A model generated the notes under the pieces. It did no database searches and had not been told where the DNA came from. It saw only the letters and a list, made by a program, of their open reading frames with translations. DNA of 64,000 bases from Camelus dromedarius (taxonomy: Eukaryota), in assembly GCF_036321535.1 (NCBI RefSeq), contig NC_087437.1, positions 9,178,001 to 9,242,000 on the forward strand, given 5' to 3'. Shown one piece after another: positions 40,107-52,555 of the stretch; position 1 is the first letter of the stretch, and every line of letters begins with the position of its first letter. Made by a program: the position numbers and the translations under genes.

Positions 40107-41339
40107 TGGCAGGGAATAGTTACTATTCTGCAACCTAATATACGTATACCCTCTCCTGCCATGTAGAATTTTAGATTCATTTGCACGTTTCAGGAAAGGC
40201 TACACATACACATTTAAGCACTTGGGTAGATCTTTCACTAATTTAAAATACACCACAGAGATTCTAAACAGCATATGTATGGTTTTCACAATGTTAACAC
40301 TGGGTTGATCATGTGTTGAGGTGCCCAAAAGTACATCTGCTCGTTGACCAAACCGGGGAGTGAGAGACATTCTAGTAAATGTTTTATTTTTCTTTCTGGC
40401 AGAAGAAGACTGCAACTCCTGACTCTAGAGAAGTTTACACTGGGTGGGGTTTTGATGAAGATAAAACAAGGACTTCCTTAGGTTTTTAAGTAAAAGCAAC
40501 AGTCTTAAAAACCAACACCTAAACTAAATTAATCCGATGACCAAGTGTCCACAAGTTGAATGGGCCTGCATTATGGATTCTAAATGTGTTCTTCCTGAAA
40601 AACTGACTTTGTCAATCAAGTTCCACTTGGTTTCTCTCCTTCATTACACTTTGCATTACAAAAAAAAATTAAATTTCTGCAAGATACAACAAAAAAAACT
40701 CTTACCCTCCCCCATTAACTGCAAGTTGGATAGAAGATGCCACCTTTATCGTTTTGAATAAAGAAAGTAAGAGTGGACAGAAATATTCAGTGAATCTGAC
40801 AGCCATGACAAGTAAATTATTCCATTGCTGTTCCAACCACAGCTATTAAGATCAGTGGTTTTTAACACAAAGACATATAATCTGGTTAGAATCTTGGATT
40901 ACTCTGCAGTAAGAAATTGGTTTTTACCTACTGTTTCAAAATCCCTTTTAAGATCCATCCGTCTTTCAGGGTGACAATTACTTCCTCGCTTCCTAGGACG
41001 CAAAAGCTAACGCATACAAGTCCCTGGGAATAACTAACAGTCAGATCAACATCACTAATATGTTTTTCCAAAATATTTGGCAAATAAGAATTTATGAAAT
41101 GTTTCTACTAATGGGGAAATAACTATGATTTCCGTCCCATTTCTGATACTCACAGTCTTCTGCAAAGAAAATTCCTTAAACTGGGGATGTCAATAACCTA
41201 GAAATTTATATGATGACACACGGACATTTTAAAAGCTAAATAAACAAAAACTACACTGTTTTTCCTGTTTAGGAAATTGCCAACTTTATAGAGCAAACTA
41301 TTTACGACCCTGAACTTTAGACTACATTTCCTTTTAAAA

Positions 41340-41578
41340 AAAAATTTTTTATTGATGTGTATTTGATTTATAATGTTAGTTTCAGTGCACAGCAAAGTGA
41401 TGCAGTTATACACACACATCTATATTTTTCCTTTTCAGATTCTTTTCCATTATATGTTATTACGAGAAATTGAATATAGATCCCCGTGCCAGACAGTAGG
41501 TCCTTGTGGTTTATCTACTTTATATATAGCAACATGTGTCTGTTAATCCCCAACCACTAATTTATTCCTTCCTGCCCT
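41340..41578 (-). mobile_element. L1 3'-UTR fragment
   Basis: ttttattgatgtgtatttgatttataatgttagtttcag...ctgttaatccccaaccactaatttattccttcc. Confidence 0.87.
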
Positions 41579-41790
41579 TATTTTTAAATATCACTATATA
41601 CTGATCTAAAATGTCTTAGTAACGTAGGTTCCTGGACTTTCAGTTAACTAAATTACTGCACTAAATATCACCTTAGTTGCCTGAAAGAATTAAAGCACTT
41701 TCCAAAAGTGGAAATTCTTAGAAGACAGTACAAGTCCTGCCTGACCTTAATCCTTCCAATGCAGGCAGTCTTGTGGTATCTTTATTAGAT

Positions 41791-41918
41791 CTTTTTTTTT
41801 AAACATTTTTTAATTGGGTTATAGTCATTTTACAATGTTGTGTCAAATTCCAGTGTAGAGCACAATTTCTCAGTTATACATGAACATACATACATTCATT
41901 GTCACATTTTCTTTTGCT
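41791..41918 (-). mobile_element. Camelid-type L1 extreme 3' fragment
   Basis: Poly-T, then cattttacaatgttgtgtcaaattccagtgtagagcacaatttctcagttatacatgaac...cattgtcacatttt. Confidence 0.85.
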
Positions 41919-41944
41919 ATACCACCCTGAACGTGCCCGATCTC
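41916..41944 (+). pseudogene. 5S rRNA fragment (nt ~8-36)
   Basis: gctataccaccctgaacgtgcccgatctc vs 5S GCCATACCACCCTGAACGCGCCCGATCTC: 27/29, one mismatch being CpG decay. Confidence 0.85.
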
Positions 41945-42584
41945 ACCTATTTGATCATTTTGTATGTTTATTTAGAAAAATTCACATTTGATGGCAAAAA
42001 AACAACAAAAACAAAATAACAACCTTAAAAAACAAAAATCAGACCTTTTTTTTTTCCCCTTTTGTATCTCAAGCCTGAGTTTTGTTCTTCCAGAGAATTC
42101 TGTACAAAATCAACACGCACAGGAAAACCAAGGTTGAGATGGTTTCACGGGCAGCTTCTAAATGAACTACTATAAAAATTTTGCGTACAAGGATCAAAGA
42201 GAGTCCTTCCCAACACACAAAGCTTTTTCCATCTGGGCAAATAATAAAAAATAACAGCATGGTTGTCATTAAAAAGAACAGAGACCAACAAAAAGCTCTG
42301 GCCCTTAACTTTATCTTCTCTTAGCAGCCTGCACGCAGGTAAAAAAATCACAGTAAAGAGGTGACGCGCTTCCGTGTGGGCAGACACACACATCAGTGCC
42401 TTTTAACAGGTCCAAAGCCTGATACACAGAGGCAAGTATTTCAACAGCATTCTCTGGACGGGTTAGAGGCTTTTGCAAAATAAGAGAAACAACCTTGGGT
42501 AAGTTAACAGTCAAGGTGAAACCTAGTAGCAATCTAAACAGGGGTGGGGCTCACAAAGTGATTGGTGCCCAGGAGGAGGCAGCA

Positions 42585-42700
42585 AGACTGAAGGAATCAG
42601 ACTGGGTTAAAACCCCAGCTCTGCCTCTTACAAATCTGTTGACCTCAGTCAAGTTATTTCACTCAGAACTCGGTTTCTTTATCTGCAGATTAAGAGTTCG
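42585..42700 (+). mobile_element. MIR fragment
   Basis: gaatcagactgggttaaaaccccagctctgcc...tgacctcagtcaagttattt...ctcggtttctttatctgca. Confidence 0.78.
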
Positions 42701-43972
42701 ATTCTACCGGAACCCTCCCTGGCCTCTAGCACACAATTACTAAAACGCTTTGTTTTAGCCTCTCATTCTCCCTCCCCCACTCACATGAGTCACGAGAGGT
42801 CAACACAGTACTGAGCACCGGCCCTAAATGTTTAAATGAAACATTTCATCTAAGGAGTTGTTTTAGGGATTCCACGTCTTTGACGTTAAGGTCAGCATGT
42901 GCGGTTAGTAATGTCTGTGAACCCGCTCCCTCCCACCTGGGGGAGATTCATTCCAATTGCTCTGGACTTCCGTGGTCTTGTATCCGCTGTTTTCTCCTGC
43001 CGAATCACTTCCTAGCCTGGATGATAGCTGGGGTTTAGTTCTTGTTTTCCCAAGGACACTGAAGACACCCTGCGGGGAGAACTGCTATTCTGCCCCTGAC
43101 TTTCCATCCCTGCAGCATTATGTCTCTTGCAAAAGAACTCGTAGGGGAGGGAGTGGGTGTGAATGAATGGGTGGATCAAAGCACAAATAAATAACCCAGT
43201 CTCATGAGTCAGACGCTCAAATCTCTGACCATTTCAGGGAAGGACGGGGAAGGTTTTCTTTCTTTTCCTTCCTGGGCAGCATGAAAGAGAGGCATTTTTT
43301 GTTTGTTTGTTTGTTTTATTCCTGGTTTTACTTAATTGTACTAGAGAGCTGGCAAGGAAACAGAAAGCTGGACAAAGAACAAAATAAGGTTCAGATCGGT
43401 AAGTATCATGATTTGCTACACATTTTGCATCTTGACCTTCACCTTGGACTTGGTAGGGCACCAGCTCTTAGCCTGAGGGGGACTGACTTGAGCAATCATG
43501 TAAGTTTAAGATGCTGTCAAGGTTGCCCGCAAACTGAGTCACAGCAAAAGCAAAGCAAAGTAAAGGAGGCACTGGCTGTGCCCTGGCCGCACGGCACAGA
43601 CTCTACCCCACTGAGATAAATGTGCTCTCTGCCCTCAAATTGAACCCGCTACCCATGGTACAACTTGGGTTAGTCCACTGTCAATCTAACTCCGTAGAGC
43701 TTTTTAAAATGTCCTGAACTCTCATTAGAAACTGGAGTAGCAGAGGGAATTTAATGATGAATCTGAACGCACTTCTGATCATTCAGACAGCAGCTTCATT
43801 TTATGCTGTCTCTGGGAAATGCTCAACCCCATTGTTGAACATTCAAATTCTGAGTCTCCCTGGTTCATATCTTTGCTTGGTATTATAAAGTGTCATAAAG
43901 TTCAATTAGCAAAATTTATCCTCTGTATGCACTGAAATTGTGGCAATATATTTTGGAGTGTGTTTGTGTTAG

Positions 43973-44514
43973 TGTTAGGTGGTCCGATAAGTGGGGGCAG
44001 ATACGGTGGAGGAGAGGGAGGATGGTCCGGAGGATGGTGTTATGCCTGCCTCCAGCATAAAGGGCTTTTACTTTTTCTAAATGAGCACCAGCAAGAAACT
44101 GGTCAAAACCCAAGAGCCACGACTGTGCGGTAGCAGAAAGGACTTAACCGGATACGACTCAATGTTCATTGTATCATAATTAACATTTCGGTTTAGCCCC
44201 CTCCCCCACTGTGGGTGTTTCTGTGTACACCATGGGTAAGGACATGCACAAAGGCCAAACATGACTCAGCATTCCAGGGACAAGAGCCGTCAATCAATCA
44301 AGAGACCACCTCTAAGCGAGGCTATGAGAGAAAGAGGGGGACCAAAATCACCACTTTTCCCACCTTGGACCTGCCCGCTTCCCGTTCTTGGACGAGTACA
44401 TTTTCTTTTCTAAATAAATCTTTAAAACCTCTCGCTACACAGCACACCGCCTCCCGATTGTAAACTTATCTTTCGGGTATGCAAGAACTGGGGTCTCTCT
44501 CTACCTTTCGGTTA
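43973..44514 (+). mobile_element. Solo ERV LTR, ~540 bp, relatively young
   Basis: Starts TGTTAG; AATAAA near 44413 with a U5-like tail; direct flanks gttag at 43968-43972 and 44515-44519; many intact CpGs. Confidence 0.7.
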
Positions 44515-45640
44515 GTTAGTTTTTACTGTTAAAAGGATTCTTAGGATGATAGTCCTGAAAGTAAAATGAATACATCACTGTTTATTGATAGTTTTAACGT
44601 AAAACTGCTCGTGGTGGGGATAAAGATGTGCGGGATAAAGGCCGATCAAGGAGGTGAAAGTGTGATGTTGACGAGTAGGGAGATAAACAATTTCAACAGG
44701 TGCCGGGGCAGAGCTTTCACAGAAGCCTGGAAGTGGTCATCAGCCAGGCAAAGAATGCGGATTTATTTGTACACGTCTGTGTGCAACCACGCACGTGTCA
44801 CTGGCAGACAACGTGAGCATTTTCTGTGCATCAGTGTGTGATGCATGGGATGGGGTGAAGTATAAGGGAGGATATTTTTTCAAGCAAAAGAAGGTATTCA
44901 CTTTGCCCTGGATGCTCAGGTGATTTCGTTGGGCTGGGGTTCCTGAGTGACAGAGATGACAGCCGGAAATGGTAGGCCAGGGCCAGATCACAAAAAAAGT
45001 TCTGATGCCATATTTGAGTTTGCGATTCACAGAACATAAATGCAAGCACCATTTTTAGTTCAAATATATGTTTCAGTTTGCATTTTAGTAAGAATTCAGG
45101 AGAAGCTTTATGTCTCCTGACTGCAAGAAATATTTCATAATATGTTTTAATCTCATACTTGTTTCATGTCTATTACTGTTAGATATCAAATATCTAATAG
45201 TTCACTCTTCCACTTCAGAGACAAAGTTCTGCAATGGTCCATGTGTGTTTTACAGGTGTTCACTTCACCTTCTGCTGTATTTGACCATTGCTGAACTTCT
45301 GTGTTAGAGTTAAGTCTAATATTAAGAATTATTGTTTTGCAGTTGAGATATTTTTTCATTATATAAGTTTATGTCTACTCAATTTCTAAGAACATAATAA
45401 AAAAGGGAAAAAAAACCCTCCATTAATTAAAAAAACACACACACACGCACACGTAGACACAGATGTTTCCAGACGTGTGACAGCTGTGGACAAAGCCGCT
45501 GGGAGTTGTAATTTAATTTTAAAATTCATCCAGATGTCTTGTATTGCATAGATATTGGTTAGGTGTTTAGCTTACATTTTTAAAAAATAGATTTTCTATT
45601 TCTGGTAAAGAAAGACAGTCACATACATGGAGTGTATACA

Positions 45641-45641
<1 letters not shown>

Positions 45642-45676
<35 letters not shown>
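45642..45676. repeat. (CA)n microsatellite
   Basis: Directly visible. Confidence 0.97.
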
Positions 45677-45679
<3 letters not shown>

Positions 45680-46077
45680 GACCCTGTCGCTTTGAACCAG
45701 AACATAAATTCAATACTAGCTTATCAGTCTAGTCTTCATTCCCCTCCTGTTTGCACATCATACCCCGGCTCCTGACCATGGATAGATAACAGGTCCTTTA
45801 GGAAATTTAGGTCCTCCCTGCTTCACTCATTCATTATGTTTAGAAAGACAAGATGTTCTTGTCCAGATGAAGAATTTTCTGTGAAGTTCTTCTGTGACTC
45901 AAGGAGTGGGTTTACAGAATGTATCTGGGTCAAAGCTCTTATCAGCAAAATACCTTCCTGCATCTTGATTTCCTCAGGCACAGAAATGAACAGGATAGAA
46001 ATCACCTCTCACGGATAATCTGTCATGACTGATTCACATACAGAGATTCTGGAAACACAATATTGAAATAAGCATCA

Positions 46078-46122
46078 AGTGTGTGTGTGTGTGCGCGTGC
46101 GCACTTGTGTGTGTGTGTGTGT
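46078..46122. repeat. Interrupted (TG)n/(CG) microsatellite
   Basis: Directly visible. Confidence 0.9.
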
Positions 46123-46197
46123 TTTCCTTTCTGAATTTCCCTTCTCTTGTTTGATCTCTCTACCCATCTGCTACCAGCACACTCTGCTGGCACTTAC

Positions 46198-46271
46198 CAC
46201 ACATCTTGAGAAGGAAACACTTGATAAAAGTCTCTTTCCTTGGCCAATCTGAAGCTTGTCACGAGCCAGTG
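46198..46271 (-). other. Candidate 74-nt cassette/pseudo-exon
   Basis: Acceptor GTGCTTTTTCTTTTCTTAG|C and donor GTG|GTAAGT. Confidence 0.28.
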
Positions 46272-48039
46272 CTAAGAAAAGAAAAAGCACTTTAGGCATC
46301 AATGATCTCACAACGGTGCTTCAACTCTTGTGCCAAGATGCTTGCAATGGGATTCTTTATTGTAGCAGTGGTTGTCCCGGGGAGTCTTTGTTTGGCAGGA
46401 TGGGTCAGAAAAGAAAGAGCCCAGGAGTCAGCACGATTTCCACTCGGCCGGAGGGGCATCTGCACATCAGTACATCAGATCTGTCAGTGCTGATGGAAGT
46501 GTGCCCCTTTTCAAATGACTTCACGTTGCCTTGGAAAGGTCAACAGAGCTATGGATTCATCAGCCACAAAAGTGTTTCTCTTCTTAAAGAAAATGTACAA
46601 TGCTGATTATGAAGACCTGGTGGGGTGGGTATTTCAGGAACAGGTATGAAGGACAGAATCTTGTGTATGAATAAATATGTGTGTAAAATATTTATATAAT
46701 GAAATGCCCTATAAATATTCTGTACTAGACTGTATATACAAATGTATGAGACAATATCAAAGATTCATGGCTTTCTGAGGTCCACGCCCAGCTTGTATTT
46801 TGTTATAATTTCCAACATTTGGGACCTTTGCTTGAAGCCTTTGTCAAGAAAAGCAAACTTTTCCCACCTTCCTTATGAAAACAGAAATAAAGCTAATTCC
46901 CACTTGCCTTTGGCTGAAAACTGTGTGTCTGTTTTCTAAATGACATTGGATTGGCTTTTTCCTTACAAACTGTTCATCTCCTGCTTTTATTTCCAGGTCA
47001 CCATTCTCATGATTTAGCTTCTACCTAAACAGAAAGGAAAAGAAGTGTGTGCTTATCTTTGCCAGGCACAGGGCCTGATGTAAACAGCTGGCTTGAGAAA
47101 GTCATGCTCAGGAAAGCAGAGACCCCAGACTCTGTGACCTTATAAAACTGACTGACTTTCCCAAAGAGGCTCCTTTCCTAATGTATTTGTGTATAGTCAC
47201 TGGCTACCACTTTGCACTGGATATCTTCTTTACCCTTAGAAAACTCTCTGTTGCTCCAAGAACTAATAATTCAAATTCCAATAAACACTTGGAATCCATT
47301 ATTAATCCAGAGCAAGTAAGTGCTCCTCTGCATTCACAGACTATTTCAACAGTAGATTCAAAAGTATTTCACTCTGGGTTTCTCTGAGTCCGGTGAGTAC
47401 AACACCCCTGCATTGTGATTTTGAATTTAGAAAAAGAAAAAGAGAGGAGATAATACATACAAAGAAGACTGAATCATAAGAGTGAAAAGTGCAAATTTAA
47501 ACTGCAACGTGGCTTTATCTAATGAGTATATTTGCAATTCGCTGAGACTTGATCAAGAGAATTACATAATAGAACCAGGGAGAGGTGTTCTCAGATCTAA
47601 CCAATTAGATGACTAAGGTAACTCCATAATCTCAACAGGCTAATTAACTCCTGATTGACAGTCACTGAAGGGGCATTAGAAATGTGTAGCCTTACCGTGC
47701 AACTGGAGAATCTCAAAAAAAAAAAGCAAACACACATATTTTTGGGGTTAGACTCTATGAAAACCTGCAACTCTGAAATTGGATGAGCAACATCTCAGAA
47801 TTCCTTGGATTCATGAGAACCATTCCACCTATTCAAACAAACAAAAAAAAAGTCTAAAGCTTTGCTATGCCTTAATTCAAGAACAAAAACGCAAAACTGC
47901 TTCAAGTTTTGAAACTACTTATTACCTTTTATGTAAAAAGTACTCCATAAAAAGAAAGAAAGAAAGAAAAGGATTATGCAAGCATGTACTCTACACGGGC
48001 ATGTCAGCTAGCAGTAGGAAGAGGTAGAGGAGTAAAAAT

Positions 48040-48780
48040 GGTATTTAGACAAGAATATGATAGGGTAGTTAGGAAGGCATAGATGCTTATTGGCAGGAGG
48101 AAGAAGAGAAAATCGACACACTTTTAAGGGAGAAATTTACAAGAACAGTATTAGAAACAAAGATGGCGGGGAAAGTGTGTCTCTAGTGGAGAATATTGCA
48201 GATGAGCAACAAAAGAAAACTTTGCAAAGGCACGTTGTGGTGAAACCATGGGAGGGCATGAGGTCCAGCATAAGGGTACATGGAGGTTTCTGAGTGGGTT
48301 AGTGCTGTCTAGTATAAAGGGACAGAATGAAGGATGTGGCTGGTTGTCAGTGGGCCAGAATGGAGGTGGTTGGACTTACATGGAGACTAGGGCAATCGTG
48401 GTGGGTAAGACAGAGACTTATGAGGCCAGGGTATGGGTAGAAACCGCGTGTGAATGAGTGAAAGATGTTCTGGGAATGTGTCTGGAGCAGATGTCTGGAC
48501 TGACTCAGGGAGAAGAGGCTAGGACAACTTGAAGGATTCAGGTCTGTGAGCTGCAGGACCAAAAATAAAACTCGGAAAGACAGGATGGAGAGAAAGTCGG
48601 GGATGATGGTCAAAGTCAGGCTTTTGTTTTTTTGAACGTGCAGAAGGGAGGTGCTTCAGACCATCCAAATGAGGGACCAATAGGCCAAAGACATCAGGTC
48701 AGGTTTTAAGAGGAGAACAAGGAGAGAGGTGTGGAATGCTGAGACATCTAACACAGGGATGGTGGAAGCCATGGTGAGAT
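48040..48780 (-). mobile_element. Degraded L2
   Basis: Purine-rich: gtagttaggaaggc...gggatgatggtcaaagtcaggctttt...ggatggtggaagccatgg. Confidence 0.5.
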
Positions 48781-48804
48781 GCGATAATTTATTGCTCACT
48801 AGTA

Positions 48805-49123
48805 TCTGTTTCCCTTCCACGACGAAGATCATTCTTCCCTGCCCTTGACAATCGGGCTTGACCACGTGCTTCGCCAATGAAAGTGAGAGGAAAATTGCAT
48901 GTCACTTCCATTAACAGCTTTAAAAGCCTATTGATTCATGACCGTTTTTTCCCTCTTCCCTAGAGTTGGTAATGTCCAGCTGGTGACTGCTTCATTAGCC
49001 TGGCATTGGAGTTAAATTAACGTGGGGAAAAAACACAGCTGATAGGTAGTTGTAAGAGATATAACCGGTGGCTGTAAAAGTCACCAGGAGTTAGCAGTTT
49101 AACCCGGCCTAACCTAACTGACA
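48805..49123 (+). mobile_element. MaLR LTR (MLT1-like)
   Basis: gggcttgaccacgtgcttcgccaatgaaagtgagagg...gtcacttcc...gcttcattagcctgg...cctaacctaactgaca. Confidence 0.7.
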
Positions 49124-50030
49124 GGTCATGAGAGTGAATAAAATTGCCCAGAAAGGGAAGTAACGAAAGACCAGAGAATGACTTTTTGCACGAGACTTAA
49201 TTGCCAAATTGTGAATTAGTTATTTTGCAGGAAAAAAAAAAAAGGTCAATCGAGTTATCTTTGACAAGGTACTTTAAACATAATTTCTTAATTTTTGTCA
49301 TTACTTTTTCTGTATAAAAAACTTGAATTGAAAAAAAAAAACCCAATACCTTGCTAGATCAGACAAAGTTATTCTGGTCACCTCTGGGAATGTTCGCTCT
49401 GTAAAATATTCTGTAATGAATAGCAAGCACCCTCATACACCAACAGTTTTGAGAGTTTAATGTATTTTTTAAAATATTACTTTCGCCTGTGAATTGTTCT
49501 TGGTATAAATTCAACAACGTAATGCCTAACTTAAAAAGAATTCTCTTTTTATAAGTAGACGTGCAATGAAAATCTGTTCTTTTATTAGTGTTCTATTTCC
49601 TATATTCTAGAGAATCTCAGGAAAACCTCCCAATCATTTTTTTTTAATTCAAACGCATACTACTTCTTGCTCTTTTCACTACTGTTGCTCAAACTTCTCG
49701 TAGGTTGGCATCTACCGAATCACTGTATACTCAGCACTTTTAAAGGCAATTCTACATACTAATTGCTTTTGCCTTCTCCTCCCATCTTGGCTTCCAGGCA
49801 GCAGGCAGGCCTCTTAAAGGTATGAACTCCAGTGTCCGGAATCTCCAAGTGCCCATCTGGTTAAAACTAAGACTTCAAAGAATTCTTTAAAAATCTTTGA
49901 AACTCTCCATTATTGTCCATATTTCTATTTCCCATAATATTATGCTGACATGGAGTTGACTCTCTCATTTTCATATAATTCTCCATATCTGTTATATGGG
50001 TTATAAAGAATGACTTCATTGCCCAACAAC

Positions 50031-50031
<1 letters not shown>

Positions 50032-50121
<90 letters not shown>

Positions 50122-50152
50122 CTAATAATAAAATTATTAGTATATATATATA
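50032..50152. repeat. Compound (TA)n(CA)n(TA)n microsatellite
   Basis: Directly visible. Confidence 0.97.
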
Positions 50153-51945
50153 TTTGGATTAGTCTTTTGAAGAATGATATGGTAAAACTAGTAACAGCGA
50201 TGTAATGTATTCATATCTTTTACGCATGGATAAGTCCACAAATCACAAAACAACATTATGCCTTACGTAGAAGGGTTACATTTTTTTTTATTATTTAAAA
50301 ATACATGGTCTTTGATTTTCAAGCCTTCTCTCTCTCTCTCTCCTTCTGCCTCCAAGTATTTAACTGTTCCAAGAAACTAGCACAGAGACCCATCCTGCTT
50401 TCAGAGTTGTACCCCTTCCTAATCAGTACGAGGACACAGGTAGTAATAAAAAGGACTTGTAATAGTTTTAAGAAAACTCCACTTTGTCGGCATCGGTGCC
50501 TCTGATTTATATTATAGTACAAATGGGGTTAGAGTCTATGAAATGCCAGGGGCTTTCCTAGGCTACTTCTCATTGGTAGTTGTGCAGAAATCCCAGCTTA
50601 AGGAAAGAATTCAGCTTCAAACATCTGGTGAGGATGCTGGAATGCTCAGTCTTTAACCTGTATGACCTGTTTCTTTGTGGATATCAGTCGCCACGGATTA
50701 GGAAGCCAGCGCCCTTCCAGATGTCCATCACTTCCTTCCTTTGGCTTTAGGACATCTGAACTAAGTCTGCAGACTTTATTTTTCCTCTGTCCTTCTGGAA
50801 TTTTCTCTAGCTCCAGATGGAAAGGGCATGTCACACTTTCAACACCATTCCAACCTCTAGGTGGGTCTGGCTTCTCCATTGGGCATCTATGTTACGAAGG
50901 CTCTCTCCCACAGCCCAATCCAAGTTTTTCCATTCATCCTCCAAGACGACAGAGCCTTGATGACTGCCATGCTTTCCATTCTACTCTCTAAATGAGGGAT
51001 GGAGGTATGTGTTCATAAGCTGTTTAGGTAACAGAGATGATACACGTGGGAGCCCTTAAACCCTGTTAGCAGCTCTACCCTGTCTGGACATATATATTTT
51101 TAAATGATGTACATTCTCAGGGACTTTTTGCATTTTAAAGAGAAGTCAAGGTAACCCAAATAGCCATTATTGATAAAAATGTCTAGGAACAGAAAAGTTT
51201 GGGAACAAGCAAAACTGTACATCCAACTCTTTACATCAAACTCATCTCTTTCGACCAAACCCTTTACGTCAAATTCACTTCTTTATTCTGTCTACCTACT
51301 ATCTCTTTTCAAATGAAATATATATCTTTATGGCAAGTATGGCTTTAAAGACTCCCAATTTGTGCCCCAATATCTGGGAGCATAAATAACACCCACCTGT
51401 TTCATTACCACTCATTCCCCTATAGCACCCCCCTGAAAAAGGCAATGGATTTTCAATTAAGGGAGAAAAGAGTAATGTTCTCCCTACGAGGTTTTAGGTC
51501 TAAATTAATAAGATCGTATAATTCAGCTCTGGCTCTGGATACCAAAGAGGTGAATGTGACAAGTCCTATTTTTTTCCTTTATATATTGTGACACAAAATT
51601 GGATGAATCAGAGAATCAAAGAGGTGAGGGAAAACACAGCCAACAGACATCTCACTCAGCACCTAGAGCACATCAGACTGAGTGCCAGCGCACAGAGATG
51701 CCCGCGGCACTCAGCTTCAGAGAGTACCCGGGGCTCTCGGGGAGGGGGCGTGACGCACTTCCTTATAAGACTCAGATGAAGGACAGAAAATGTGTTGTGG
51801 GAACTCGGAAAGAACATTGTCATCACTTCCAGATTCACACAGAAGCAAGCATCTCTCCAGGTCCTTTGCGGATTATTGTATACATCTAATGGATACACCA
51901 TGAGTAATCAAGTTGCTTTTATCTGTTGTATTGGTTCACTGTGGA

Positions 51946-52075
51946 TTTTATTTTGTTTTATTTTGTTTTAATTGTATTTTTTAATGGAGGTTCTGGGGAT
52001 TGAACCCATGACCTTGTGCATGCTAAGCACACATTCTACCACTGAGCTATACCTACTCTCCCCCACCCACCACCA
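51946..52075 (-). mobile_element. tRNA-derived SINE (camelid Vic-1-like)
   Basis: Minus strand reads ggtatagctcagtggtagaatgtgtgcttagcatgcacaaggtcatgggttcaatccccagaacctcc + A-rich tail, with A and B boxes. TSD gttcactgt at 51934-51942 and 52076-52084. Confidence 0.9.
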
Positions 52076-52456
52076 GTTCACTGTTCGTTTTATATGTTCA
52101 TCAGTCATGGCCAGAAAGTTCTCTTCGAGTTAACACATTACCATCCACGACTAAGTAAATGCCTCCTGACCACTGTTATTTGTAGGGACTGGAAAACAAC
52201 CGACATGTACCAGCCCTGTGTTCTTAGAAAGTGATTTATTAAAGGTACATCCATGAATTATATGGGATTTCCTTTTATGTATTTTGAGGACTAGTGGCCT
52301 TATATTTTTAAATGCCAGCTTAGGGAAACCCCACTGGCTTCCCCTGGCAAGAGTAAACTAGTTCTTTGCAGAAGGTCTCCCAAGGGGCCGTTCAAAGGCC
52401 ATTACTTCACTGTGAAGACTCTGTTAAAAAGAATAATTGGTATCAATGACACTTAC

Positions 52457-52555
52457 CTGTGTATGCAGAGGGAAGGTTACCCAGCCATAACAAGCCCAGA
52501 GTCACACCGCCACTACTTAAAATAATGCAACGTTTGGGATTTATGAGAATAAAGC
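52457..52555 (-). other. Candidate in-frame 99-nt cassette exon
   Basis: Consensus donor CAG|GTAAGT; weak acceptor GTCATTACTGACAG|. Phase 1-1 and stop-free in the ZNF385D frame. Confidence 0.3.

Noticed and set aside
41916..41944. Functional 5S rRNA gene
   Set aside because: Only ~29 of ~120 nt present; the internal promoter boxes are absent.
47691..47735. Microexon (poly-T, then GAG or CAG acceptor, ACG|GTAAGG)
   Set aside because: Lengths of 16 or 7 nt break the frame, and the first acceptor after the tract is a disfavoured GAG.
51985..52060. tRNA gene
   Set aside because: tRNA-like head followed by an A-rich tail and TSDs, so it is a SINE.
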